This document shows positions 52,217 through 64,000 of a DNA stretch of 64,000 nt, piece by piece. The stretch is from Lama guanicoe. Lineage: Eukaryota. The stretch lies in contig MU053758.1 of assembly GCA_013239625.1 (NCBI GenBank), forward strand, positions 2,232,001-2,296,000, read 5' to 3'. The position numbers and the translations under genes are program-made. The notes beneath the pieces are model-generated. The model was not told the origin of the DNA. It was given only the letters and a program-made list of their open reading frames with translations, and ran no database searches. Every line of letters starts with the position of its first letter. Positions within the stretch are counted from its first letter, which is position 1.

Positions 52217-53745
52217 CTATAAGGAGTTCAGGGAAGAGGGGAGAGGAAGGAGAATAAAACATACAATTATTACTCAATTTTATCAGCAAAGTGCCAAAAA
52301 TCATGGTTATAAAAACTAATTTTAATAATTTGCTTTATTCTTCCCCATCCCCAAAGTCTTCTAGAATTGATCAAAAGTAGCAAAAGGGAATGCAATGTTT
52401 TCCTTTCTTTGCCCATTTTTCTGGAGAAAGGTGCCAATAAGCAGTATAAAAGATAGTCAAAGAGACTTCATAATTCATATACTAATTTGCTCTTAAGTAA
52501 TGAGATGTGGTTAAATAAATCACTTTCTTTTCCACTTAATTTGTAACCGAGATTGGATGGCATGAGGAAAAATAACTTTTGATTGAAGAGAAAACATAAG
52601 TAAAAAAACTGGGAAGATAGAACACTTGCATGTACATGGCAAGAGAAAGAAAATGAACACTAGGAGAGAGATGGGAGGCTAAGAAAAAGGGGAATTGGTA
52701 CTGTGGAGGCAAACCACGTATTTCAACAAAACGTTCCTATGACTAGATTTACCCCAGGAAAAAGAAACTACTACCATGAACCCAATATTCAGGCATGGAT
52801 TCTTAGCCAAATGAACTTTTGTGGGCAGGCTTAGGAATCCAACACACTCAATAATTCTAACTCTCTATATCTTTTTTCAAACTTGGAAAAAAAATGTCTC
52901 TTGAAAGCTAAATTGTTCCGATAATGTCAGACATGTGGTAAGGCATTTACTGAGCATTTATTGAACACTTACTGCCCAAGGTGCCATGAAGAAGTAAAAA
53001 GCAACAAGAGCAGCAGCAAAATATATTCCCTATCTTAAAATTACCATCTGTACAAAGAGATTAAAAATATCAGGTAAAAGTTAATATTCTTTTTAAGGTT
53101 CTCACTTCCAAACATGCCTACAAATTAACTTTAGACCACCAGTTCATAAATTAGCACAGGTCACATTAGAACCAGAAACGTTGCCTTCCTGGACTGTTCT
53201 GGTAATATACCGTTGCTTGATGTGTTGATTCAATGAATTCATAAAAAGGCTATCTTTTATGTTGCATTGCAGTTTTTCAAAGCTGGTTCAAATTTGGTGT
53301 ATTTGGCTATAAGTTCATGAAACTGATCATTGAGAAGGCTGAGTATAAAACTTATTTCCTCAATATTAACATTTTTTCCTAAGATACCTCCATGTGATAT
53401 CTGGTAAATTCACTATATTTAAAACATAAAATTGATGTAATAAATTTCTCTAATTCCCAGAAAATTAACTCTGGGTTTAAATTTAAGGATGCAAGTTTTC
53501 ACGTAATTCAAAGAGCAAAGATAAGCCAGTCGGGGAAAAACATCAATTGCTAAGAGACTGTCTTCAAGCCTAGCGCTTTACTATGATGGGAACTTTATAC
53601 CTTAAATATAAAACAATTTTTCTCAAAATTAAAGTGAAAAAAAAAGTTCTTTTCACGGTATAAACTCAATTTTTCTCAAGCCTTCTCTGACTCAATAATT
53701 AGGTTCAATTTATTTTTGTTCCACACAGAATTCCTCAAGTTAGAT

Positions 53746-53957
53746 CAGTAGTTCTCAAACAAGAGTGATTTTGTCCTCCAGGGGACATCTGACAATATCT
53801 GGAGGTATTTTTGACTGTCATAACTCAGGAGATATTACTGGCAACTAATCGGGGAGACCAGGGATGCTATTAACATCCTACAGTGAACTGGGGAGCCCCC
53901 TAGAGCACAGAATTTCCCAGTCCAAACTGTCAATACTGTCAAGGTTGAGAAACCCTG
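53746..53957 (+). mobile_element. MER20 hAT-Charlie element
   Basis: TIRs cagtagttctcaa ... ttgagaaaccctg and MER20 internal motifs. Confidence 0.85.
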
Positions 53958-54144
53958 GGATAGATAGAATAGGGTAAGAAATCAAGCTAAGTCAACTCTG
54001 AAAGTGAACAAGTACAGACTCTGAAAAATCTTGACTGAGAAAATAAATTTGTTCCTCAGGAAAGTAACTTCTGACTATCCTCAAAATCTAGCTATAAAAG
54101 AAAAGCACTGCCAGTATCAGGGAATATAAATGTCGTTTGCTCAC

Positions 54145-54173
54145 CTTAGCTGCTGCACAAGTTCTGGACAGCT
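54145..54173 (-). CDS. MED1: MED1 exon 6 (SCPELVQQLR), 29-nt small exon
   Basis: TTTCAG| acceptor, |GTGAGC donor, frame continuous. Confidence 0.94.
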
Positions 54174-54876
54174 CTGAAATTAAAGAAATTACATTAAAAC
54201 TTCAAGCTAGTTTAAGACCTTTGAAGACATCAAAGTTTTTCTTTTATTAACAACATGCTCTATAACAAAAAACAGTAAAACTATAGAAAGTCCTTATATT
54301 AAGATATCAAAAAGTATCTTCTTCCTACTTGGTAAACCATGGGATTGGGAAATTAAAGATCAAAACATATGAAATAGTTTATAAGGCAATCAACTTTCAG
54401 TAGCTTGTTTAAAACATGAGGACCTCTCTTTAAAGCCATCCTTGGAATCCATATCCAACTGTCTGTTACACACATTTTACATACATCTCTATTACAGGAT
54501 TTTTCAGAGACATTAGCTATGTACAAGATTATCTGTCTTTCTTGTTTATAAGTTCTTTGAGGATAGGAACTTTAAATTATTTATCTCTGTATCCCCAGCA
54601 CCTATTGCTCAATTGCGGCTCACGTTTGTTGATACGAAATGGAAAGGGTTCCTCTGCTGTTTCTTCTTGTCAAAGCCTTTGGATGATGTCAGAGATGGAC
54701 CCATGTTACTCTAAATTCCATTCTATAGCTATTGATGTTGTGGCCCATCACATCATCTCTATAGTGGCTCATGAAAAAACCTAAACCCAAGCTACTTCAA
54801 ACCCCAACAATTCCTCTTAAAATTAATGTCCCTAAGTAAACCCCACAGATTCCAGTGAAATATCAACAACACATAC

Positions 54877-55009
54877 CACAGGATTCTCCCCATGGTGAGC
54901 CACTTTTACATCACAAAGCTGTCCTGCAGGATCTAACTGCACTTCCACATAGAACATATCTGACGTGATGTAACATTCAGTGCCACTGGCACTGAGATGA
55001 GAGCCCAGT
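54877..55009 (-). CDS. MED1: MED1 exon 5 (LGSHLSASGTECYITSDMFYVEVQLDPAGQLCDVKVAHHGENPV)
   Basis: 133 nt, TAG| acceptor, |GTATGT donor; preceded by a 104-nt intron 4. Confidence 0.95.
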
Positions 55010-55113
55010 CTAGCAGGAACAAATCAAAACAAAAATTAATAGAAGACACATAAATAAAGCCACCCAAAGTCAACACTAAGTTAAACATTTCTGCCTACAG
55101 ATACGCTACTTAC

Positions 55114-55168
55114 CCATTTTGTCTTGCTATAGACTCCAAACGGTCAGTCATTGCTGGTAAAGATGTTA
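55114..55168 (-). CDS. MED1: MED1 exon 4 (VTSLPAMTDRLESIARQNG)
   Basis: 55 nt, TAG| acceptor, |GTAAGT donor. Confidence 0.95.
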
Positions 55169-55519
55169 CTATGAAAGGATGAAAAAAGGAAATCACAAAG
55201 GATGCTCCAAATAACTTAAATTGTATTCTTCAAAAACAGAAACATCCTGAGGCGTATATCCATCCTTCCAAAGCCACAAACACATTCAGTAGTTCAAATG
55301 CTTATAATCTGCACAAAGTTCATTGGTAAGGCTTAACTGTGGCCTAAGCAGTAATAAAGGTGAAAAAAAAAAAAAGACCTATTTGAAAAAAAATTATTTG
55401 ACCTTTCTCCTCTTACTTTTCCATTATTCATTTAGGACAAGTTATCTTTAGCTCAAAAAAGACACATTTATCTGCTAATGCTAGAATAAGGAAGATTAAC
55501 ATCAAAACCAACATAAAAA

Positions 55520-56005
55520 CAAACATGCTATTTCACAGTGGCACAATTCACAATAGCCAAAAGGTGGAAATAACTTAAATGTCCATCAGTGGATGAATAT
55601 ATAAACAAAATGTGGTATATACATATAATATTATTCAGCTTTCTTAATAATGAAGGAAATTCTGATACATGTACAAAATGGATGAACCTTGAAGACATTA
55701 TGCTAAGTAAAATAAGCCAGTCACAAAAGAACAAATACTACGATTCCACTTAAATGAAGTATCTAGGGTAGTCAAATTGTTAGAGTCAGAAAATAGAATG
55801 GTGGTTACCAGGAGTTGGGGAGAGGAGAAAAGAGTTACTGTTTAATGCGTAATGTTTCAATTGGGAAGATGAAAAAGTTCTGGAGATGGATGGCAGTGAT
55901 GGTTATACAACATGAATGTACTTAATGGCACTGAACTTTACATTTAAAAATGATTAAAAAGGTAAATTTTATGTTATGGACATTTTACCACAATTTAAAA
56001 AATAA
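55520..56005 (+). mobile_element. L1MB-like 3' end in MED1 intron 3
   Basis: gatgaaaaagttctggagatggatggcagtgatggtt...ttttaccacaattt. Confidence 0.85.
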
Positions 56006-56473
56006 TCAGCTGATTCATTTGTGATGGACCAAAGAAAAATCTATTTTCACTTTCATTTTCCTTCAAAAACAGTCAAGTAGTAATTATAAGCATGAATAAT
56101 CAAGCTCATGATTTGAATCTTGTCTGCTTTCCTGAAAACATTCTTTATAAACATTGTAGAAATGTCCATCTTCTTCTTGAGTTAATTAGGAGGGAACACG
56201 TGAAGTGGAAAAAAAAAAAACAACTTTCCCTGCCTTATAGTTACCCTTCAACAGTTATCTTTTGAGTCTCTACCAGCCTCCAAAATGAATCAAAATTAAG
56301 TATTTCTAAAGTAAAGGTAAGAGCTCACTTCAACTCCATAATGAAAGCAAGAGCAACACCTAGCATAGAATGCTGACCTATCTCAATTTATATTTCCAGC
56401 ATAAGTGTAAAATAGTCTTTCCTAAACTGGGAGATTCTAAGAAATCAGCAATATTTCAAAGAGGTTTACAAAC

Positions 56474-56552
56474 CTTTGAGAGCTTTCTGCAACGTCTCCA
56501 AACAGCTGACCAAATGTTGGTGCCCTCCAGAACTCATCACAACCCTCTTCTC
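56474..56552 (-). CDS. MED1: MED1 exon 3 (EKRVVMSSGGHQHLVSCLETLQKALK)
   Basis: 79 nt, TAG| acceptor, |GTTTGT donor. Confidence 0.95.
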
Positions 56553-57699
56553 CTATATTAATTAGGAAAACATTTGAGGTAAAAATTAACCAAGCCAACA
56601 GTGTTTCAGATAAACATACACATTATCCTAGTAATAGTATTTCAGGATAGACTATAGATTATGGCATAGTCCATATACTCTATATTTTCTATATATTCTA
56701 GATAATCTATAGACTCTTAACTGTTACTCTATCCATCCATCCAAAAGAGGAAATGCAAACATACACGGACACATCCATATCCATGAAAGTAGAAAAAGGT
56801 ACTTTCAGATCTAAAATAAGTTAACTTTCAGTAATAAATTAGGAAGAATCAAAATGTGATAAATCAGATCAACTTTCTACAGAAGAAAACGACATCCTAA
56901 GATTCAGTCAGTTAAATGGGGTGGCTCAAATTTGGCAATTCCTAAGTATAATAAGGTGATAAGCATGCAACCTAAGAAATACAACCAGATCTTAGGCAAA
57001 TTATGACTCTAAGAAACAGAGTATGTAGTCCAAAAAAAGCCAAACAGCAAAAAAACTCAGTTTTTCTAACCCTATCCAGGGAAGAAGTTTCTGTCTGCCA
57101 GCATTCCAGTCCCCAGAAGTGTGAACAGTTTTATAATACAGGGAGGGATAGCTTTCCAGGCTTTTCTATGCCCTAAGTCCATCTCTCTTTGCTCTAATTC
57201 CACTCTGACAAAACAAACATCTGATTAATTAATAATCTGGCTTCCCTTTTACCTTAAATAGACAAGGAGCCTGTCCACTGCTCTGGACAATAGATACCAG
57301 TATTTTGGTAACTGGAAAGATAAACCCTCTGTTGTAAATTAATAAATTTGCAGTCTGATTTCCATGTTAATCTGAGATTTTGTTAGTATGTCAGTTGTTG
57401 AAAACTCTTCAAAATCTTTTTATATACCAATAAAATTAGGTTACTGAATCTGCAAAAGTGAGAAGTAGACAATGGAAGCTATGGTGACCTTCTATCTCAT
57501 GATGTCTCTTTAATGACAGTATCATTTATAGACCGTATTTCAAACTAGAATATTACTGCCTTACAGTATAAAATGACAGCCTCTGAACTCCCAGACTGGA
57601 AAAATTGCCATTCTTTTATTTAAGACTTGGGGGGAAAAAAAAAAAAAACCTTCTATGTACACAATCCTGAGCCAGAACACACATATATTTGTAGAATTT

Positions 57700-57930
57700 A
57701 GTTACAGAAATCTTTTAGTAATATGACACTTTGCCGTCCATTATCTCATTTGATCCTTGCAGCAAAACTTTGTGAAAAAGCAAACTGGTATTGTGTATGT
57801 CTACTTTCCAAATGAGGAAACTGAGAATCAGGGAGAATAAATAATTTGTCCAAGGTCCTGTAGGTAGAATAACTGGAGTCAAGCCTAATATACAAGTCTA
57901 TGACAGCAAAGTGTGTTCTTTTACTAATGC
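57700..57930 (-). mobile_element. MIR SINE
   Basis: ttatctcatttgatcct...aaatgaggaaactgag...tttgtccaaggtc. Confidence 0.7.
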
Positions 57931-58699
57931 TATAGTAATATGACCATCTTAAACTCTAATAAATCTACTAAACAATGTACTCTGGACCCATTATAAGATC
58001 TGGTAGAGGAAGGGGTACTTTCATTGAGGTATAACATGTATACAGAAAAGTACATGAATCTTTAATGAAGAGATCCTTGAATTATTATAAAGTGAATGCA
58101 TCCATATAACCATTGCCCAGGTCAAATCATAGAAGTAAAGTTTTCCTACATCATTTTACTACCACTGAAATCACATGGATGAACTTTTACCATCCAGCTC
58201 CCAACCCCGACCCCCTGTCTTCCACTTAACTAAGGGCTCCTCATACTGGTGAATGCATCAGGAAGGAGAAGCGGTACTGTAGAGAAAGAGGGTCACAGAG
58301 TAAACAGTTGAAGTTAATAAAATGAATTGCAAACCCTACTAGTAGGATAGATACAATGAAAGTACTGTCACATTAGAATCAAGGAGCTTGACAGAAAGTG
58401 AAAAATAAATGTTTCTCTATACCAGTCTATCACACATGTCTCTTAGAGGTGTTATTTCTTAGCACCTCTGCCTAAAATACCCCAGTGTACTATAATTCAT
58501 GATTAATACAATTTTATAAATATACCTCCTTCTTAGGTAGACTCTTTAAAGCTGAAAGCCTCCGTGTATTCAGGTGTTTTATGGTAATAAAACTGAAGAC
58601 CCACTATAGTAACTAGTTTGAAAAAGTCTACACAGGGAGTTTAGCTTATTAAATAATTATCTAAGCACAATACTTTATCCACTTCACCACAGTCCTCAC

Positions 58700-58806
58700 C
58701 ATGACTTGACGCACAAGCTTAATGGTTTCACTCCAAGGTCTATTTTGGTTAAATTTTGCATGGAGGCGTTCCAAGAGAGAACTCATCTTACTCAGCTTTT
58801 CCGACT
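58700..58806 (-). CDS. MED1: MED1 exon 2 (ESEKLSKMSSLLERLHAKFNQNRPWSETIKLVRQVM)
   Basis: 107 nt, TTAG| acceptor, |GTGAGG donor, frame continuous with exon 1. Confidence 0.96.
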
Positions 58807-60326
58807 CTAAGATATAAATCAGAAAACATCATTAGAAACTCTTCTTTCAAGACCTTCCACAGTTGTTCTTGCAAACAAAACTCCCATACTTCATCCTGGT
58901 AAGAACTCAAAATCTTTTCCAATATCATTTACTTCAAAACATACAAAGAATCCATTTTTAATGACAAGAAGACACACAAACTATGGGTCTAATCTAAAGA
59001 ACACCATAGAATGGGGCTGCTTTCTATTAAAACTTAATGAGAACCGCAAAAAGAACCATCTCTAATCATGTTCCAGGATCAAGACTACCATTTAGTGACA
59101 AAATAATTTCATAACATACGTGAAATCCCTTACATAGTATATGTAGAGCATACATTTAAACATGGCCTTACTATGATTAGTTGGTTTTCAATGTGAAAAT
59201 ACAGACTTTAATGTTTTTCAGTTTTATGAGATCAATTTATAAGTGTTATCAAGAAAACAGGCTGCATTTGCCATTCAGATTTTTCTTATTTGAATTCAAA
59301 GTAAAACTGTATGAACAAGGAAGATGTCAATGACTAAAGGATGAGTTTTCAGCAGAGTTAGGAGGCTCCCAGATTAAGTGTGTGAACCAACCTCCAATCC
59401 TCCTCTAATTCTCGTACTGCTTCGCATTAACAAGGACCTGTGCTGAAGACCACTGGCAGTGCAAAAACGATATGCCTAAGATGAGACCTGTGATGAGGTG
59501 TGAGTAAGTTAATGTGAAAATAACCATCACACAAAGCAAAATGAGATATACTCTTAAAAACAGAGAGACACATTACTATTGAAATTCAAAGTATGAAAAG
59601 TTCATAATTAGTTGTGGGGATGTTACAAAGAAGGTGTCACTGAAAGATGAACAAAATGTCAGCAAAGTTGAGGCAGCAACATCTTCTAAATCAAGATTCA
59701 ACTCTTTCCTCCAATGCCTCATCTTCTGGAAAACTGGTTTGGTGGCTGTTTCAGCTAGTTTATAGTCCCAGAGAAATGTCTGGCAATTCCCACTTTTAAG
59801 ACTCATTCACTCACGCACTATTTTACATGCGGAAGATACAGCAGTGAGCAAACTAGACAAAATTCCTGCCTCATCGAGTTTCCATTTTACACTTGTCATT
59901 CTTCTGCACCCAAGGAGTACACTTTTTTCTTCGTCTTTATAAGAATGCTCAAATCAAACTTTTCTGAGCAACTATTCCGTGCCAGGTACTATACAATGAT
60001 GAGTAAGGCAAAGTACTGATCTACAAAGCTCAGAATAAATTAGACAGGACAGGTATATAACAGTGTGCTGTATTAGTAGAACTATACCCAAAATGCTAAG
60101 GAAGCATTTAACCTGGAGTGTGGAACTTTAGAGAGTCTAAGTAAAGTTACACAGAAAAGTTGTTTTTCAGCAGTTCTTAGTTCAGCCACTGAAAAACTGA
60201 AATTCAGTGCATTTTAAAAATATACAACAGCACAAGGTCTGAACACTGTACATTCTTGAGAACTGCTGGCTTTTAATATCATAAAGACCTAATAATTTCA
60301 TTCAAGCCAGAACATCTTCCGTGCTG

Positions 60327-60411
60327 TGATATACAGCTCTGTATTATTGTTTCTATGTCATCATCAACGTTGATATACAGCTCTGTATTATTGTTTCTAT
60401 GTCATCATCAA
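60327..60411 (+). repeat. Perfect 41-nt direct tandem duplication
   Basis: tgatatacagctctgtattattgtttctatgtcatcatcaa at 60327-60367 and 60371-60411. Confidence 0.95.
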
Positions 60412-60539
60412 GACGTCTCTTCTGAAAAGAGCAAGTTTTAGATTTACTCGCCTGGTCTCCCATCTCTTTAGGCTAAAAACGCTCTGAGGTCTAAGTGACT
60501 GCCCCTAGATAAGCAGGAAACCTTTACAGAAGTTGAGAG

Positions 60540-61180
60540 CCCCTATCTCCCCAAAGTCGGAGCTCTCCGTCACCGGGGAAGGTACAGTCAGAATCTAAAA
60601 CTCACACATACCCCGCCTCCTAGACTCTGCGCCCTCAGGAGAGTGGCCCCCACGGAGGCATCGGCCCCCAGCTCCTCTCAAAGATTGGCTCGCCCGGCTG
60701 TGTCCCGCCTCCTGCTTTCCCCCACAGTCACTCACCCTCGGTTTCCCCCTGAGCCTTCATCCTGACGGCGGGGAGGGCCTGAGTCCTACACAAGAGGATA
60801 AGCCCTTCCCTACCACTAATGGAGGAACCAGGTTGGTTCGGGCTCCCGGGACGCAGGGCACCAGCAGTCCCTACTCGTCCCGAGAATGCTCAGTCTGAAG
60901 TCCCCGGCGGAAAGAAGAGAAGGGTGCTCGCGGCCGCCGCCATCTTCCCCAACGGAACTTCCCAAAGATCGCGAGATTAACCGTGATCCTGCGAGACAGA
61001 GGAAAAGGGCTGGGTACCAAATATCGCGGGAAATGGTTAATATGTTGCTTCTCGCGAGATTCCTCCCACTGTGTCTTACCTCGCGGGTGTCTCAGACTTC
61101 TCGGTGCTAGGTATGGAGCTTGCCACCTGCGACTGATTTGGGAAAATTGGTGCTTCGTTTTGGCGTTTAAGCAGTTCGCA
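60540..61180 (-). promoter_or_regulatory. MED1 CpG-island promoter/5'UTR with TCTCGCGAGA palindrome (61050-61059) and YY1-type CCGCCATCTT (60937-60946)
   Basis: Local GC and CpG enrichment around exon 1; motifs read directly. Confidence 0.85.
60736..60760 (-). CDS. MED1: MED1 coding exon 1 (MKAQGETE)
   Basis: ATG at 60760-60758 in AGGATGA context, 25 nt, donor G|GTGAGT; matches the known MED1 N-terminus; lies in a CpG island. Confidence 0.96.
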
Positions 61181-62199
61181 AATTAATATCCCCAACTCTC
61201 TTTACTGAAAGACTAGCTTTTCAACTAATATGGGTATCAGGAATATTTTATTAAAGATAATAGTCTTTCTTGAGATACTAGGTGGTATAATTATTCCATT
61301 AAAAAAGATGGTGGCTCTTTGTAACACGACGTCCGAAGCTAGCCCTGTATACTTAATTTACATTTCCTGATTTTCTTTTTAATTTCAGAAATATTTTTTC
61401 TTGAGCAATTCCAATGTTTTTGAAAATCTGGGAGAGTTTGTATTAAGATAAACTTGTTGGCAGCAGTCACAGCGTCAGATGCTAGTAATTATATTTAGGG
61501 TCCCAAAGGTGTTCACAGTTGATTGTGTCCCTTTTTTGTAATCATAGTGAAAGGAAGCAGTTTAGCCCATACTCTACAAACCAGAAAGAGTGTGTAGTCA
61601 TATCTCATGTATCAGTAAATCTTCACAAAGAGAAATTTGGAATAACGCTGAGAAGTTTATGGCCACTGGAACTGAAGAACTAGGCTAAAATGCAAGTGTA
61701 TTTTGTTCACTGGGTATATATTTCATTGGGTGAAAGTTCTGAGAATAATAAGGCTACTTTATTTTTTATGTTCTTTTTCCATACACATCCTCGAGAATAA
61801 CTGCTGAGAAGATGGATTTTAACTAGTTTGCTGCAAGAATATTAAGCAATGTATTTCTACTGGCTCTCTAGTTTCAGACTTTCCCCTTATTTCAAAAATG
61901 ATATGCAAACATCTTCCAAAGCCATTCCAGCAGGTAACTATAGTTCAGATGAGCAGACACAGCAGTGTAAATTTAATGAGAACAAATCTTTACAAATGTC
62001 TGGGAACGTGTTTATTGTCATAAAGCTATCTATAACCATGTTGTAAAGTTTAAATTTTACTTCTTGTCTATTCCTCTTACTCTCATTCCTTTGAGTCACT
62101 CTACACTGTGCTCTTGGTGCAAGAATTGCCCCTCATTTCTGAATCCCCACTACCTAGCACTGTACCTGCGTGTAGTAGGCAAATCTTTTTACTGGGCCT

Positions 62200-62650
62200 A
62201 AAAAGCCTCGTGAAACCCAAACCTCAGCCTCAAACCTTCAATGTGGAGAAAATTCCGTCACTCCTTCCTCTCCCAAGGTCCTTTGAACAGGTCTTTTTAA
62301 CTGCTGGGCGGACTTCCCCTCCCCCTCACCCCTCCACTCCACTAAGGCCCTCTTATTCAGATCTCAATTTAAAAGTCTCTTGCCCTGAACTAGAGAAGCA
62401 AGCCTTCTCTAAACCCTGACTTGATCAGGTCCTATTATGTTATTTCAAACTTCTAACACCACTTTCACTATCAAAATTAATTAAGTACATAAAAATATAT
62501 TTAATGCCTGTCTTCCCTGCTAAACTGAAATCCAGGAAGGCAGCTGCACTAGGTCTATTTCTTTTACTCCTGTGTAGTGATACTGCCTAGCCTAGCCCCT
62601 GACTTGTATCAGAGGCTCAATGCGTATTGTTGGGATAAATTGATAGATAA
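62200..62650 (+). mobile_element. L2 LINE 3' remnant upstream of MED1
   Basis: tttaatgcctgtcttccctgctaaactg...aggctcaatgcgtattgttgg. Confidence 0.55.
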
Positions 62651-64000
62651 AATACAGAACACTCAGTTAAACTTGATTTTCAGAAAATCAACAGATTTCT
62701 TTTAGTAGAAGAGTATGCTCCAAATATTATATAATATAAAGCTAGCAACCGTACAGTTGATGAAGTACAGAGAGCATTTATGCAAGTGAGAATTTCCAAA
62801 GAGTCCATATTTAAAAAGCTTTTTCCTTTCCTCTGGTCAAACAAAGTGCTCTTCATTCAACAAACATCCGCGAAGTCCTAATCCTTTTGTATTAGAAGCT
62901 GGTAATATAAACTTGAAAACAGAGCCCCAGCCCTTGATTTATTGTTCTTAAAATATGATTGGTCACTATAATTGTAAGCACTCCAGAATTTTTTGTTAAT
63001 TTATTCTTATGCCCCAATATCACTGTTGGATACAGATGTACATTTCCTCATGGGCGCTCTCTGCAAATAAACGATAATGTCTGTACTAAGTGTAGCTAGG
63101 AAATGTTAAATCTTATAAAGCTTGAAAATTAACTAAACTTTACCAAATTTTGGTCACAGAATAGAATGAGAAGTTCTCATTTGAAAATACAAATGAAATG
63201 ACATTGAAAAATTTGTATGCTAAAAATAAAGATATGAGAAACATGTCATTAAATGAGAAAAACATTCGAGGTACACATAAAAGTAATCTTCATACGTGGC
63301 AAGAAGGGGATGAGGGCAAATATTAAATGACCAAGCTTTGGGGGAGAGTTTAGAGGACTCTTTAAACCTAAAATCTAAATTAACAAACTGGATTTGGCAG
63401 TGGGGGAAGTTATTATAACTATAATTAAATATTTTTTTGTGTGTGTACAGCCTAAAGAGAAGCTTTCTGACTTGTTTTGGGGGGGGGCATTTACAGGGAA
63501 ACTATAGTCATCTCCTGACTAATCACCTAGGGCTTCCCAGAGTTGCCCTGACTCCCTGCCCTGGGAGGTCATGCAAATAAAGCAAATCATGCAGTCCTGG
63601 AATTTCTGAGTTCAAAGTTTTTCTGTAGAGTTAAGCAACCCTTATTTTACAAAGGCATAGCTCTCATCAGTTGTTGGACTAATCCCAGCAGTTTACAGTC
63701 GATTTTGTATTTAAAAATTTAGACGCAATCTGAGATTTCCTAGAATAGAATTTTTCCCAGCTTTATTGAGATATACTTGACTTTACAGTAGAATTTTATC
63801 CACCAAAAAGAGAAAGTGCAGTGCAACAGGAGTAACTGGTTTAGGATTAAAGAAAGCTGTCCCTGCTCCTGGCATTTACTACTAGAGTACATGTGCTCTG
63901 ACTCCTGAGTGTCAGTTTCAGCCTTTAGTTGCATATAATAATATCCATCCTTTATATAACCCACTTTATCAGGTTATTTATTTGTTCAGCTGATACTTAT

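Noticed and set aside
56652..56712. 11-bp inverted repeat ctatagattat/ataatctatag in MED1 intron 2
   Set aside because: Short and embedded in TA-rich low-complexity sequence; likely chance
60327..60411. CRISPR-like direct repeat
   Set aside because: Only two copies, a 3-nt spacer and a mammalian intron context
61200..64000. CDK12 5' end expected upstream of MED1 by synteny, and the 74-aa ORF at 63740..63964
   Set aside because: No second CpG island or CDK12 N-terminal coding sequence in the window; the ORF ends in an L1-type tail and resembles no protein I recognise

Overview
AT-rich, repeat-rich mammalian genomic DNA. The tRNA-Ala-derived SINEs and the artiodactyl-type L1 3' ends suggest a camelid (inference). 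The window holds the complete MED1 gene (Mediator subunit 1/TRAP220) on the minus strand. I traced all 17 coding exons with GT-AG boundaries from 60760 to 40913: 4740 nt, 1579 aa, both LxxLL NR boxes intact, a ~3.2 kb 3'UTR and a CpG-island promoter. About 1 kb past the MED1 polyA site is the FBXL20 CpG island, with two alternative coding first exons (MAPSRDRLLHFGFKAT and MRRDVNGVTKSRFE). Positions 1-35519 are FBXL20 intron 1, filled with L1, L2, MIR, LTR, DNA-transposon and SINE remnants; I did not find FBXL20 exon 2. I see no new multi-gene system. The most interesting signals are RNA-processing and translation features: an exon-internal splice giving a 556-aa MED1 without NR boxes or IDR, a candidate MED1 poison exon, a stop-free in-frame intron 15, inverted SINEs flanking an in-frame 558-nt exon 11-14 circle, a MED1 uORF in frame with the main ORF, a polyalanine uORF over a GGC/AGC repeat in the FBXL20 5'UTR, and a templated 51-bp inverted duplication. 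Repeat family names come from recall of consensus sequences and their boundaries are approximate.
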